DNA of 64,000 bases from Saprospira grandis (GCF_027594745.1 NZ_CP110854.1:1308241-1372240), one strand, 5' to 3'; positions 18,908-28,363 are shown, counted from the stretch's first letter. A program made the numbers and translations. Notes: generated from the sequence alone by a model not told the origin.

Positions 18908-19723
18908 ATGCTAAAATCCTGGACCTATAAAGAGCAAGGCCTCGATGCCAAAGTAGAACTCTTTCATGATCATGTTCTCTGGACCAAAACGACCGAACAA
19001 CTTTATTTTTCATTGGAAGAGGCCCTTTGTCGCCCAGTTCCCATTGGACCCAACTGGATCGATGCCGAGCTGATCGACTACCTACAGTTGCTACTAGGCG
19101 AAGTAGAACTATCCGAGGCGGGCCAACTTATTTTTGCCTTCTACAAGGGCTTGCAAAGCCATAAACTAGTAGAACAAAGCTTCTTTTGGCCCAAACTGGA
19201 GGAAAAACAACTGCAGGCCCATTTTTCGGCCCAAGGGCTACAGCTCCTAGAAGAAAGCCCCTACCAAATTCTGCCCCTGCAAGCACAAAGACTTTGGCAT
19301 TTTTATCTGCAAGGAAGCAATATCCCCGGCCTGCCCTTTAAGGAAAGAAGACTTTGGAGCGACCAAATTAAACAACATCTTCGCTGGCCCCAACTCGCCC
19401 CTCCTTTTGCCTTGCTCGACTATAGCCGCCTGCCCCAAAAACGCTATGAGGCCCAAGACGAAAATAATGAGCTGCATTTCCTTTGGCTAGAAGAGGATTT
19501 TGCCCGAATTGGACAGGGCCGAGGCAGCCAAAGCCGTAGCGAAAAACGAAGCTACGAACAGTTGCTCCGAGAAGGCGAAAAAGGCCTGCCCAACTGCCTA
19601 GCTGCCTATTGGCCCATGCTCTACAAACTCCTCCAAAGGATGTATATTCGAGGCCAAATGCCCCAGCATCAGGAAAAGCCCAGCTATGAAGGGCCCGCCC
19701 CCGGACAAGCCCCTCCTGCCTAG
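18908..19723 (+). CDS. Hypothetical protein (start adjusted to MLKSWTYKE to avoid overlap)
   Basis: ORF 18863-19723 with coding-like composition; abuts the preceding gene. Confidence 0.4.
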   Translation: MLKSWTYKEQGLDAKVELFHDHVLWTKTTEQLYFSLEEALCRPVPIGPNWIDAELIDYLQLLLGEVELSEAGQLIFAFYKGLQSHKLVEQSFFWPKLEEKQLQAHFSAQGLQLLEESPYQILPLQAQRLWHFYLQGSNIPGLPFKERRLWSDQIKQHLRWPQLAPPFALLDYSRLPQKRYEAQDENNELHFLWLEEDFARIGQGRGSQSRSEKRSYEQLLREGEKGLPNCLAAYWPMLYKLLQRMYIRGQMPQHQEKPSYEGPAPGQAPPA

Positions 19724-19743
19724 TTATTGATCTTTTCTATTTC

Positions 19744-19906
19744 TTTTTTTTGGGGCTGCCCCTGCGGCCTGCGGCCTTGGGTCGGGCCATTGCGCAGCTC
19801 GCAGGTCTGCTCGGCCCTGCACAGGCTGCGCCTGTTTGGTCTGCCGCCTGCGGCGGCCCTGCTACAGCCCCTCAGCCGATAGGCTGGGGCTGCGCCCCAG
19901 CCCCAT
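19744..19906 (+). repeat. Intergenic repeat module A, forward
   Basis: TTTTTTTTGGGGCTGCCCCTGCGGCCTGCGGCCTTGGGTCGGGCCATTGCGCAGCTCGCAGGTCTGCTCGGCCCTGC...CCCTCAGCC plus a GGCTGGGGCTGCGCCCCAGCC hairpin. Confidence 0.85.
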
Positions 19907-19986
19907 AAGGTATATGGCTGCGCCATATATTTAGTAAAAAAATTGTCCGCCCCAAGATAAGCCCCCAATCAAATTTATTTGCCAAC

Positions 19987-21054
19987 ATGAAATGGTTCCA
20001 ACGTATCCGAAAAGCCTTTGAGGCCCTTCTAGAAGAAGATATCGAAAACGATTATGTAGATGATGGCCGCCCTTTCCGAATCTTGAGCCAAGAACGCTCC
20101 TTTCTGCCCAATTCGGCCAAAGGAGACTTTAGACTCTACCGCCTCCACCAAAGCTTTTGCGCCTGCTGGTACGAACTACTGGTCGTCCGCTCCGATGATG
20201 GCAACCTCCGCTATGAATTGCCCGGCTGGGGCCGTGCCGTAGCTATTAGCCCCGATAAAAGCAAACTCCTAGCTGCCCGAAATAAACAGCTGGCCATATT
20301 TAATGCCGCTACGGGCCAAATGATTGGCCAAGAAAAAACCCTAGACGCTTTTATCGATTTCCTGCTCTGGCTCCCCAATGAACAAATTGCCGCCACCGAT
20401 GGAGAAAAAATCTATCTGCTCGACCAAGAGCTAGAACTTAAGGCCATTATTCATGACCCCATAGATAAAGGAGGCTTTATTGCAGGGATGCAGCTGGGCC
20501 AACAGCCCCATGAAGTCATTATCCTTGATTTTAATCATCAACAACTGCGAAAAATAGACCTGCGATCGGGGGCCATCCTCAAAGAATCAACGGCCCAATA
20601 TGCCGAACAACTGTTTCGACAAGATGACCGCCTCTGGACCGCCCTGGTCAATGGGACCCAACTCCAAGAAATTCGCTTCTATAGCCTAGAAAAATTAGAA
20701 GAAAAGTATGCCCTGCCCTTTAGAGGCAAAAAGGGCATCCGCTTCGCCAACCAGCCCCCTTCCGATATTAGTTATCATCATTGGACCTCTTTGCCAGTTC
20801 TTTCTCCAGAAGAACAATTCTTGCTGGTGAATGATAATGCCGGCCTGCTCTGGCTGCTCGATGCCCATACCGGCGACCACCGCCGAACCTTCTCGCCAAA
20901 ATTGTTGCCCTATGTCTATGCCTGCCTCTGGCTCAATGAAGAAGAATTTGTGGCCCTTTTAGAAGACGGATTTGTGGCCAAGATGAATATCCGATCTAAA
21001 TCCCTTATGTTTAAACAACAAGATTTTGACCCTCAGCAAAATCGCTTCTTTTAG
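19987..21054 (+). CDS. Hypothetical cytoplasmic protein (possible beta-propeller-like repeats)
   Basis: 355-aa ORF with no signal peptide and no catalytic motif recognised. Confidence 0.4.
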   Translation: MKWFQRIRKAFEALLEEDIENDYVDDGRPFRILSQERSFLPNSAKGDFRLYRLHQSFCACWYELLVVRSDDGNLRYELPGWGRAVAISPDKSKLLAARNKQLAIFNAATGQMIGQEKTLDAFIDFLLWLPNEQIAATDGEKIYLLDQELELKAIIHDPIDKGGFIAGMQLGQQPHEVIILDFNHQQLRKIDLRSGAILKESTAQYAEQLFRQDDRLWTALVNGTQLQEIRFYSLEKLEEKYALPFRGKKGIRFANQPPSDISYHHWTSLPVLSPEEQFLLVNDNAGLLWLLDAHTGDHRRTFSPKLLPYVYACLWLNEEEFVALLEDGFVAKMNIRSKSLMFKQQDFDPQQNRFF

Positions 21055-21055
21055 A

Positions 21056-21290
21056 GGCGCAAAGCGCCTGGCCACAACAAGCCCTTTAGGGCGTAGTTCG
21101 ACGACCAAAGGGAGTAACCGATGCGCAGCAGAGGCGCGAAGCGCCTGGCCTAGCGATGCGGCGGGGTGGCCGAAGGCCAGACCAAGCAGGCTTTGCCTGC
21201 GAAGGGCCGAGCAGACCTGCGAGCCCCAAAGTGTAGCGCCGACGAGCGAAGCGAGGCGGAGGCCCCAAAACAGACAGACAAAAAAACCTA
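21056..21290 (-). repeat. Intergenic repeat, long variant (module C + module A), reverse
   Basis: Contains rc of CGGTTACTCCCTTTGGTCGTCGAACTACGCCCTAAAGGGCTTGTTGT (module C) followed by GGCCTAGCGATGCGGCGGGGTGGCC...GGCCGAGCAGACCTGCGAGCCCC...GGAGGCCCCAAAA. Confidence 0.85.
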
Positions 21291-21309
21291 ACCCAACAAT
21301 TATATTTTT

Positions 21310-24300
21310 ATGCAAAAAAAAGCAACAGAAGCGCAGTTCTTCTTTTCTCAACTGCTCAAGCTACAGCAAGTAGAGCAACCTTTGGGGGCCAAATATCAGG
21401 CATTAGATGCCCTTTTGGTCCAGCTATTTTTACAATTGACCGAAAAAGAGCGCCTACATTTTAGTGATCGCTCGGCACGGATTGCCTTTTTATCTCATAA
21501 GGAGGACCTCAGTCGCTCGGTTCAATGGCGCATTTACCAAATTATTAAGCGGGCCAAATGGATCCGCAGAAAAGAGCTGGAGCCTACGGCTGGCCAATAC
21601 GCCTCGGCCCTAAAGACCGTGGCCTTTGCCATTGCAGCCCTTTGTCATGTTCCTTTGCCCGAAGAATTGCGGGCCTATTTGCCCAGCGATGAGGAAGAAG
21701 AGCAGGAAGACCGCAACCCCTTCCCTATTAAAGAAGGCATTATTGAGGAGCTCAAAGTGGTGGTTTTGCAAATAGATGCCGAGCAAGAGCTCATCATCTG
21801 CCAACCTTATGGAGAGGACTATACCGACCAGCTCAGGCTGCGTTATAATGTGCCCGAAATCAATGCGCAGTTTAACTCGACCATTGAGCTGATGCAAGAT
21901 CATTTTCCCGCTGGGGCCATTTTGCAATTGCTGCAAGTCTTGGTAGAAGAATCGGGAATTTTGCTGCCCAAGCGCATCATCTTAGAGCCCGACTACCTGG
22001 TTGATGTGACCAGCATTGCCGAATGTTTTCAGCCACAGGGCGCTTCGCCCTACCTCTTTTTGCTCAAAAAGTTTTCGGCCTATGAAAATAGCCTACCTTT
22101 GATGCTGGGAAATATTGCCAACCGCTTTTTGGACCTCTTGAGCAAGAACCCCAAGCTGAGCTTTCAGGAAGAATTTAAGAAGCTCTTTAGCCTTAATCCC
22201 TTGGGCTTTGCCGACTTTAAGGATACCGATATTCGCAAGACCTATCATGAGGCCAAAAACCACTTTATCAACCTTCAGCATATTATCCTCAATGAGTTTC
22301 CCAAGCAGGGCATCGAGCGAGAGCGCATTTTGTTAGAGCCCTCTTTTTACTCTGCCCTTTATGGGATTCAGGGACGTTTGGACCTTTGGCAGCCGCCAGC
22401 AGAAGGCGATGATAAGGCATTGATTGTGGAATTGAAGAGTGGCAAAACCTTTATGCCCAATAAGTACAACCTCAATCATAATCACTATGTACAGACCTTG
22501 CTCTATGGATTGCTGACCAAATCGGTTTATCCTAGCTATAAGAGTTTGGCCCACATTCTTTACTCCAAATTGCAAGAAAAACCGCTGCGTCTAGCCCCTA
22601 GCACGCAGTTTAAGGAGGATGAAGCCTTGGCCCTTCGCAACCAGATGGTGATGATGGAGCGACAGCTGGCCCAATTGGACCAAAAATCACTGGAAGAATA
22701 TGGCCTTTTGCATCAGTTAGGGCCTGCCATTATGCCCAAAGCTAGCGGCTATACCGCCAGAGGATTGGAAGAATTTGAGGCCTGCTTTTCTAAGCTAAGC
22801 GAGCTAGAACGCCGCTACTTTATTGCCTTTTGTAGCTTTATTGCCAAAGAACAAATTTTGGCCAAAACAGGAGTAGAAGGAAATGAACGCGCCAATGGAC
22901 AAGCGGGGCTATGGCTAAGCGAAAGAGCCGATAAAGACGAACATTTTGAGCTTTTGGCGGGACTAGAACTACTAGAAAACAATAGCGAGCAAGAACCCCC
23001 TATTCTCCGCTTTAAGCGAACGGAAAATACCAACCCCTTGGCCAATTTCAGACAGGGCGATATTGCTATTTTGTATCCCGAAATGGGCCAGGATGACAAT
23101 GTCTTGAAGCATCAGATTTTTAAGGGCTCTATTTCTCAAATCAATGCCGAAGAGCTTTGTTTCAAGCTTTACTCTCCCCAATGTAGCGGCAGCGTTTTTG
23201 AGGCGGCCAAAAGCTGGAGCTTAGAACACGATATGCTCGATAAGGGCTTTACGGTTCAGTATCAATCGCTCTTCAAATTCATGAATTTCCATCCGGCCAA
23301 GCGACAGCTTTTATTGGGCCAAAGGGCCCCGCAAAAAAGCAGCGCTCCCCAAAATCGGAGCTTTATGCAGCCCTATTTGGGCGAAGACCAAAAGAGGATC
23401 CTCAACAAGGCCTTGGATGCCCAAGACTACTTTTTGTTGGTAGGCCCTCCGGGCACGGGCAAAACCAAGTTCATGCTGGCCCAAATGGTCGAATATCTCC
23501 ACCGAAACAGCCAAGAAAACATCTTGCTTTTGGCCTATACCAACCGAGCTGTAGATGAAATTTGCGAAGCCATTGAGGAAGTGGGTATTGATGATTATCT
23601 GCGGATGGGCAGCCGCTATTCTTGCGATCCTCGCTTTGAACATCGGATGTTTTCGGTGCAAACAGAAGCCCTAGCTAGCCGCAAAGATCTGCGAGCGACC
23701 ATCGACAAGCATCGGGTATTTGTCTCTACGGTTTCTAGCATGCTCAACCGTCCGCTTTTGCTCAAGCTCAAGCAATTTAATACCGTCATTATTGATGAGG
23801 CATCACAGATTTTGGAGCCCATGTTGCTCGGTTTGCTTCCGCATTTTCAGCGCTTTGTGCTTATTGGCGACCATAAGCAGTTGCCGGCGGTAGTTTTGCA
23901 GGACAAAGAGCAGTCGGCGGTTAAAGATGAGTTGCTCCAAAGCATTGGCTTGCGCAATCGCCGCAACTCCCTCTTTGAGCGCTTGTTTGAGCAGGCCCAA
24001 AAAGAAGGCTGGACCCATTGCTACGATCAATTGCAGCATCAGGGGCGGATGCATGCCGAAATTGCCCGCTTTCCCAGCCAATTTTTCTATGATAATAAGT
24101 TGTTGGAACTACCAGAAGACAATCCGATTGGCGACTGGCAGCAGCAGCCCCTACCCTTCCGTCCGATGCCCCAGGCCTCTGCTTTGGAGCAGCTTTTGGC
24201 CCAACATCGTCTGCTCTTTATTCCTAGTCAATCGGATTATCAGGGCAACAGCAAAACCAATGAGGAAGAAGCCATTCGGGTGGGCGAATTGGTCCATGCT

Positions 24301-24693
24301 TTTCGGAATTTATACGAGCAGCAGGGCGGCGGTTTTGCCCCAGAGGACCTTGGCATCATCACGCCTTTTCGGGCGCAGATTGCCCAGATTCGCCATGTTT
24401 TGGCCCAATATAATATGGGTTATGAGCAGTGTACCATTGATACGGTGGAGCGGTATCAGGGCGGGGCGCGCAAAATCATTCTCTTGTCTTTGGCCATCAA
24501 TATGAGTTATCAATTGCCGGCCATTGTTTCTCTTTCCGATGATGAGCAGGTAGACCGCAAGCTCAATGTGGCCCTTACTCGAGCTCGGCAGCAGCTGGTG
24601 GTTTTGGGCAATCCCAAGCTATTGGCCAATGATCCTCGTTATGCGGCCCTAATGGCCTGGATTAAGGAGCGGGGCGGCTATTTTACGCCTTAG
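21310..24693 (+). CDS. Nuclease-helicase fusion: N-terminal RecB/Cas4-like PD-(D/E)xK nuclease plus C-terminal SF1 Upf1/Dna2-family helicase (Dna2-like / Nhi-like architecture)
   Basis: Nuclease motifs GRLDLW ... IVELKSGK ... YVQTLLY (D, ExK, QxxxY). Helicase motifs: Walker A LVGPPGTGKT, motif II VIIDEASQ, ITPFRAQ, TIDTVERYQGGARKIILLSLA and ALTRARQQLVVLG (Upf1-like motifs V/VI). Confidence 0.75.
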   Translation: MQKKATEAQFFFSQLLKLQQVEQPLGAKYQALDALLVQLFLQLTEKERLHFSDRSARIAFLSHKEDLSRSVQWRIYQIIKRAKWIRRKELEPTAGQYASALKTVAFAIAALCHVPLPEELRAYLPSDEEEEQEDRNPFPIKEGIIEELKVVVLQIDAEQELIICQPYGEDYTDQLRLRYNVPEINAQFNSTIELMQDHFPAGAILQLLQVLVEESGILLPKRIILEPDYLVDVTSIAECFQPQGASPYLFLLKKFSAYENSLPLMLGNIANRFLDLLSKNPKLSFQEEFKKLFSLNPLGFADFKDTDIRKTYHEAKNHFINLQHIILNEFPKQGIERERILLEPSFYSALYGIQGRLDLWQPPAEGDDKALIVELKSGKTFMPNKYNLNHNHYVQTLLYGLLTKSVYPSYKSLAHILYSKLQEKPLRLAPSTQFKEDEALALRNQMVMMERQLAQLDQKSLEEYGLLHQLGPAIMPKASGYTARGLEEFEACFSKLSELERRYFIAFCSFIAKEQILAKTGVEGNERANGQAGLWLSERADKDEHFELLAGLELLENNSEQEPPILRFKRTENTNPLANFRQGDIAILYPEMGQDDNVLKHQIFKGSISQINAEELCFKLYSPQCSGSVFEAAKSWSLEHDMLDKGFTVQYQSLFKFMNFHPAKRQLLLGQRAPQKSSAPQNRSFMQPYLGEDQKRILNKALDAQDYFLLVGPPGTGKTKFMLAQMVEYLHRNSQENILLLAYTNRAVDEICEAIEEVGIDDYLRMGSRYSCDPRFEHRMFSVQTEALASRKDLRATIDKHRVFVSTVSSMLNRPLLLKLKQFNTVIIDEASQILEPMLLGLLPHFQRFVLIGDHKQLPAVVLQDKEQSAVKDELLQSIGLRNRRNSLFERLFEQAQKEGWTHCYDQLQHQGRMHAEIARFPSQFFYDNKLLELPEDNPIGDWQQQPLPFRPMPQASALEQLLAQHRLLFIPSQSDYQGNSKTNEEEAIRVGELVHAFRNLYEQQGGGFAPEDLGIITPFRAQIAQIRHVLAQYNMGYEQCTIDTVERYQGGARKIILLSLAINMSYQLPAIVSLSDDEQVDRKLNVALTRARQQLVVLGNPKLLANDPRYAALMAWIKERGGYFTP

Positions 24694-24747
24694 TTTTCTC
24701 CTTTTTGATCTTAATTTATCCCGCTAGTCATCATGACTAGGGGGATA

Positions 24748-24978
24748 TTTTTTTGGGGCCTGCCGCCTTTGGCGGCCGGGCCCTTGCAGGGCTCGCAGGT
24801 CTGCTCGGCCCTGCGTCGCCTTCGGCTCCTTGGTCTGGCCTGCGGCCACCCTTTCAGGCCCCTAGGCCTGCGGCCCTTCGGGCCTGTTTACTGTAGGTTG
24901 AAACCTACAGCAACAACGGTATTGCTTCGCAATGAAGCATAAATGAGGGTTAAAACCCTCATGAAGTTAACTTCTCGG
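24748..24978 (+). repeat. Composite repeat: module A (forward) fused to module B (three consecutive palindromic hairpins)
   Basis: Module A TTTTTTTGGGGCCTGCCGCCTTTGGCGGCC...CTCGCAGGTCTGCTCGGCCCTGC...GGCCCTTCGGGCC followed by CTGTAGGTTGAAACCTACAG / TATTGCTTCGCAATGA / ATGAGGGTTAAAACCCTCAT. Confidence 0.85.
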
Positions 24979-25041
24979 CCATCTTTTGATAAAAATTTCA
25001 GGCTAGTCAAGGCATATCCCCAAAGCGGCTTCTTTTGGTCC

Positions 25042-26982
25042 CTAACGGTTGAGGATGATGATCTCTACCTTTCGTTTTTGATGCTTGGCCATATTACTTT
25101 CTATTACGCCTCGGCCATCAGTTGTAATTTGGGCGCTTGTGATGCCCAGCTCCTTCATAAACTTGGTGACATAACCCGCCCGCTTCTGCGAAAGGGGTAG
25201 ATTGAACTCCTTATCCCCCACATCATCGGCAAAGCCTGTTACCTGAATTTTTAGACTTTCTGGATCTTCAAATTGCTCTAGTAGTTTTTGTATTTGCTCT
25301 TTTTGCAACTCGCTCAAATCATATTTTCCGGTCTCAAAGTAGACCGATAAGTTTTTGCGCAAACGAGGCTTGGGCGGCTCGGCCATTACGGGCTCTTCTT
25401 CAGGGATTTTTCCGTTGGGAGTCAGTTGCACATCTATTCGCTTGATGGCCTCCCCTGCCGCTCGCTCAAAGTAATCGGCCCCAATAAAGTTATCATAGCC
25501 CTCTTTAGAAATAATATAGGAGTAAGAAGCTCCACTAGGCAAACAAAGGAAAAATCGGCCCGCCTTATCCGTTTCAAAAACCCCAATGTTTTCGCCTTCA
25601 TTTCTCAGGCGAACTCTAGCCCCAGCCAAAGGTTCGGCGGTGGCCTCATCATAGAGGTAGCCATCCAAAAATACATGCTCTACAGCAGGAGCCATAGCAG
25701 CGGGAATATGGCAGCTATAAAGGTCCAAGCCCCCTTTTCCTTCTGGTCGGTCAGAAGAAAAGTAGGCATACTCGCCATCAGGAGAGACCACAATGCCGGC
25801 CTCACGGAAAGGAGAATTGACGCCCTCGCCCATATTTACTGGTCTAGACCACTCACCATTTTCTAATAATAAGGTCCGAAAAGCATCGGCTTCGCCCAAT
25901 CCCGGATGTCCATCAGACACAAAGTAGAGGGTTTGGCCATCTGGAGCAATAAAAGGGGCTTCTTCATCTCCTTCGGTATTGATTTTTGGTCCAAGGTTTT
26001 CGGGAACGCCCCAGCGGCCATCGGCCATTAGCTCGGCCATCCAGATATCGCTACCGCCAAAGCCCCCCTCTCGAGTAGAGACAAAGTACATTTTATAGCC
26101 ATCGCAACTAATAGAGGGCTGAGAGTCCCAGGCTTCGCTATTTAGGCCTACTGCTGGCCCCACGCTATCTACAATTTCATTTTCGCTATCATATTCGGCC
26201 ACATAAATATCGCAGCCGCCCTGCACATTTTCCCAGGCACAGGCGGCAAAGAAAATCCGTCGACCACAAACTGTAAACTTGGCCATGCCTTCATTATAAG
26301 GTGTATTGATGGCTGGCCCAATAGATTTTGGCGATTTCCATTCGCCCTTCTCGTTTTTGCGCAGCATCAAAATATCTTCATCTCCCGAGCGGTTGGAGGT
26401 ATAAAGGAGCATATCGCCATTGGCCCGCAAGGTGGGTAAAAACTCATCAAATTTGGAGTTGGCCATGCCGGGCAAAAGCTCGGCCTTGCCCGTAGAGCCC
26501 GTATATTCCATTTCTATAGCATATTCGCAGCTCTTAATGTTTCGGTCCAAATACGCATCATAGTTGCGGGCAGCCCCCTCTTCTTTGATGCTATAGTTTT
26601 TGGGGTCTGCATATTTGTAGAGCTCAAAGTACTCTAAGGCTTTACTATAATTATAGGCCTTCATCTGTAGTTCGGCGGCCTCAAAATAGGCAGATCTAGA
26701 CAAAAGCGGATTTTGCTTAAAGAGCCGCTCATAGGCCATTCTTGCCGTTTCATAATCGCCTGTTTCTTTGGCCACCACCCCCAACAAGCGCTGAGCCGCA
26801 GCAAAGTTGGGCTTTTGCTTAATCGCTTGCTTTAGACTAGCTGCAGCCGCCTCATATTTGGCATTATTAAAATAGTATTCGGCATCTTCCATATGTTCTT
26901 TGGCCGATTTGCTCAGGGGCTGGGCCCTAAGACTGAGGCTACAGAAGAGCAGCAAAAAAAAGAAGTATGTAGCTTTCATCAT
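25042..26982 (-). CDS. Envelope protein with N-terminal TPR repeats, TolB-like PD40 beta-propeller repeats and a C-terminal OmpA peptidoglycan-binding domain
   Basis: Signal peptide; TPR-like helices; repeated ...LYFVSDR / PDGQTLYFVSD PD40 motifs; C-terminal OmpA motif (NLPLSQKRAGYV...RKVEIII). Confidence 0.8.
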   Translation of the reverse strand: MMKATYFFFLLLFCSLSLRAQPLSKSAKEHMEDAEYYFNNAKYEAAAASLKQAIKQKPNFAAAQRLLGVVAKETGDYETARMAYERLFKQNPLLSRSAYFEAAELQMKAYNYSKALEYFELYKYADPKNYSIKEEGAARNYDAYLDRNIKSCEYAIEMEYTGSTGKAELLPGMANSKFDEFLPTLRANGDMLLYTSNRSGDEDILMLRKNEKGEWKSPKSIGPAINTPYNEGMAKFTVCGRRIFFAACAWENVQGGCDIYVAEYDSENEIVDSVGPAVGLNSEAWDSQPSISCDGYKMYFVSTREGGFGGSDIWMAELMADGRWGVPENLGPKINTEGDEEAPFIAPDGQTLYFVSDGHPGLGEADAFRTLLLENGEWSRPVNMGEGVNSPFREAGIVVSPDGEYAYFSSDRPEGKGGLDLYSCHIPAAMAPAVEHVFLDGYLYDEATAEPLAGARVRLRNEGENIGVFETDKAGRFFLCLPSGASYSYIISKEGYDNFIGADYFERAAGEAIKRIDVQLTPNGKIPEEEPVMAEPPKPRLRKNLSVYFETGKYDLSELQKEQIQKLLEQFEDPESLKIQVTGFADDVGDKEFNLPLSQKRAGYVTKFMKELGITSAQITTDGRGVIESNMAKHQKRKVEIIILNR

Positions 26983-27013
26983 GATTATTGTTTGCCTTAG
27001 TTTGTTTGGCTGT

Positions 27014-27160
27014 CAGAGCGGGCCGAAGGCCCGCCGGCCTAGCGATGTGCAGCAGTGCGGCGCAGCCGCAGACCCAGGCCGTCAGGCCGCAGGGCCGAGC
27101 AGACCTGCGAGCTGCGAAACGTAGCGCCGCAAGGCAAAGCCGCAGCGGAGGCCCCAAAAC
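27014..27160 (-). repeat. Intergenic repeat module A, reverse
   Basis: GGGCCGAAGGCCCGCCGGCCTAGCGATGTGCAGCAGTG...GGCCGAGCAGACCTGCGAGCTGCGAAACGTAGCGCC...GGAGGCCCCAAAA. Confidence 0.85.
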
Positions 27161-27232
27161 TCCTTAGACTTTCCTATATAAACGCTTCTGCCATAAAAAA
27201 AAGGGCCAAAAGGCCCTAAAGTTCTCTTAAAA

Positions 27233-27790
27233 TCAGCCTCTTGGCTTCCAAAGTACTTCTTCCGCCTGATGGCAATGGGCGGCAAAGCGGCCAAAAATAA
27301 AGAGGTAATCGGATAGGCGATTGAGGTATTGCAAGACCACCGCAGGCAGGGCTTGTTCTTCATTTAGGGCCACGGCTAGGCGCTCGGCACGGCGGCAAAC
27401 GGTGCGGGCAATATTGGCCCGAGACACCTGTGGGTGCCCGCCTGGCAAAACAAAATTTTTGAGGGGCGCCAAATGTTCATCCATGGCATCCATCCAGTTT
27501 TCGAGCTGCAAAACATCCTCGGGCAAAACATCGGGCTGCTTGACCTTCTCGGCCTTTTCGGGGGCGGTGGCCATGATGGTCCCTAGGCTAAACAAACGCT
27601 CCTGAATCTTCAAAAGCTGCTGCCGCTGTTCTTCCTGCTCGCAAAAATCTCTTAACAATCCTAAGTTCGCATTCAGCTCGTCTAGGCTGCCATAGGCCTC
27701 AATTCTCAAATGGTATTTGGGTAGGCGGCCCCCGCCCCAAAGTGCGGTGGTGCCTTTATCTCCAGTTTTGGTATAAATCTTAAACGACAT
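27233..27790 (-). CDS. ATP:cob(I)alamin adenosyltransferase, PduO/MMAB type
   Basis: Conserved N-terminus MSFKIYTKTGDKGTTALWGGGR and about 185 aa, typical of PduO-type adenosyltransferases. Confidence 0.85.
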   Translation of the reverse strand: MSFKIYTKTGDKGTTALWGGGRLPKYHLRIEAYGSLDELNANLGLLRDFCEQEEQRQQLLKIQERLFSLGTIMATAPEKAEKVKQPDVLPEDVLQLENWMDAMDEHLAPLKNFVLPGGHPQVSRANIARTVCRRAERLAVALNEEQALPAVVLQYLNRLSDYLFIFGRFAAHCHQAEEVLWKPRG

Positions 27791-27796
27791 AATTTA

Positions 27797-28363
27797 CTAT
27801 ACTTCTCCCTTTTGCTCTCGATAGCGCTTATAGGCCTTAATGCCTATCATCAGGCTTATTCCAAAGGCAATCAAACTCAAAAAGGCAATCAAAAAATCAG
27901 TTCTACTTTTATAAACGGCCAACAAAACAATGGCCAAGAGCAAGAGGGTGGCAATCTCATTGTACATCCTAAATTTGGCCGAACTCATCACAAATTCATT
28001 GCGGGCCAAACGCTGCATAATGCCCTTGCTGTAATAATGATAGCCAAGCAAAAGCACAATAAATCCCAGCTTCCAGTGCATCCAGATATTGGCCACAAAC
28101 CAATCCCAACCATAATAAATGAGCATCATGCTGCCCCCCAAAAAGGTAATAAACATGGCCGGCGTCATAATAATATGATACAATCGGCGCTGCATAATGG
28201 CGTATTGCTCCGTCAAAATTCCCCGCTCTGCCTCGGGCCGCTCCAAAGCCTCGGTATGATAAATAAATAGACGAGGCAGGTAAAATAGGGCCGCAAACCA
28301 GCTAATGAGCCCAATAAAGTGAATAACTTTACCCAAGTTATAGAGCCATGGCGTATCAAACAT
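27797..28363 (-). CDS. hemJ: HemJ-family membrane protein (protoporphyrinogen IX oxidase, UPF0093/CopD-like)
   Basis: About 188 aa, four TM helices, conserved HxxGxxxWxGxLFYLPRLFVYH-like N-terminal motif (HFIGLISWFAALFYLPRLFIYH). Confidence 0.65.
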   Translation of the reverse strand: MFDTPWLYNLGKVIHFIGLISWFAALFYLPRLFIYHTEALERPEAERGILTEQYAIMQRRLYHIIMTPAMFITFLGGSMMLIYYGWDWFVANIWMHWKLGFIVLLLGYHYYSKGIMQRLARNEFVMSSAKFRMYNEIATLLLLAIVLLAVYKSRTDFLIAFLSLIAFGISLMIGIKAYKRYREQKGEV

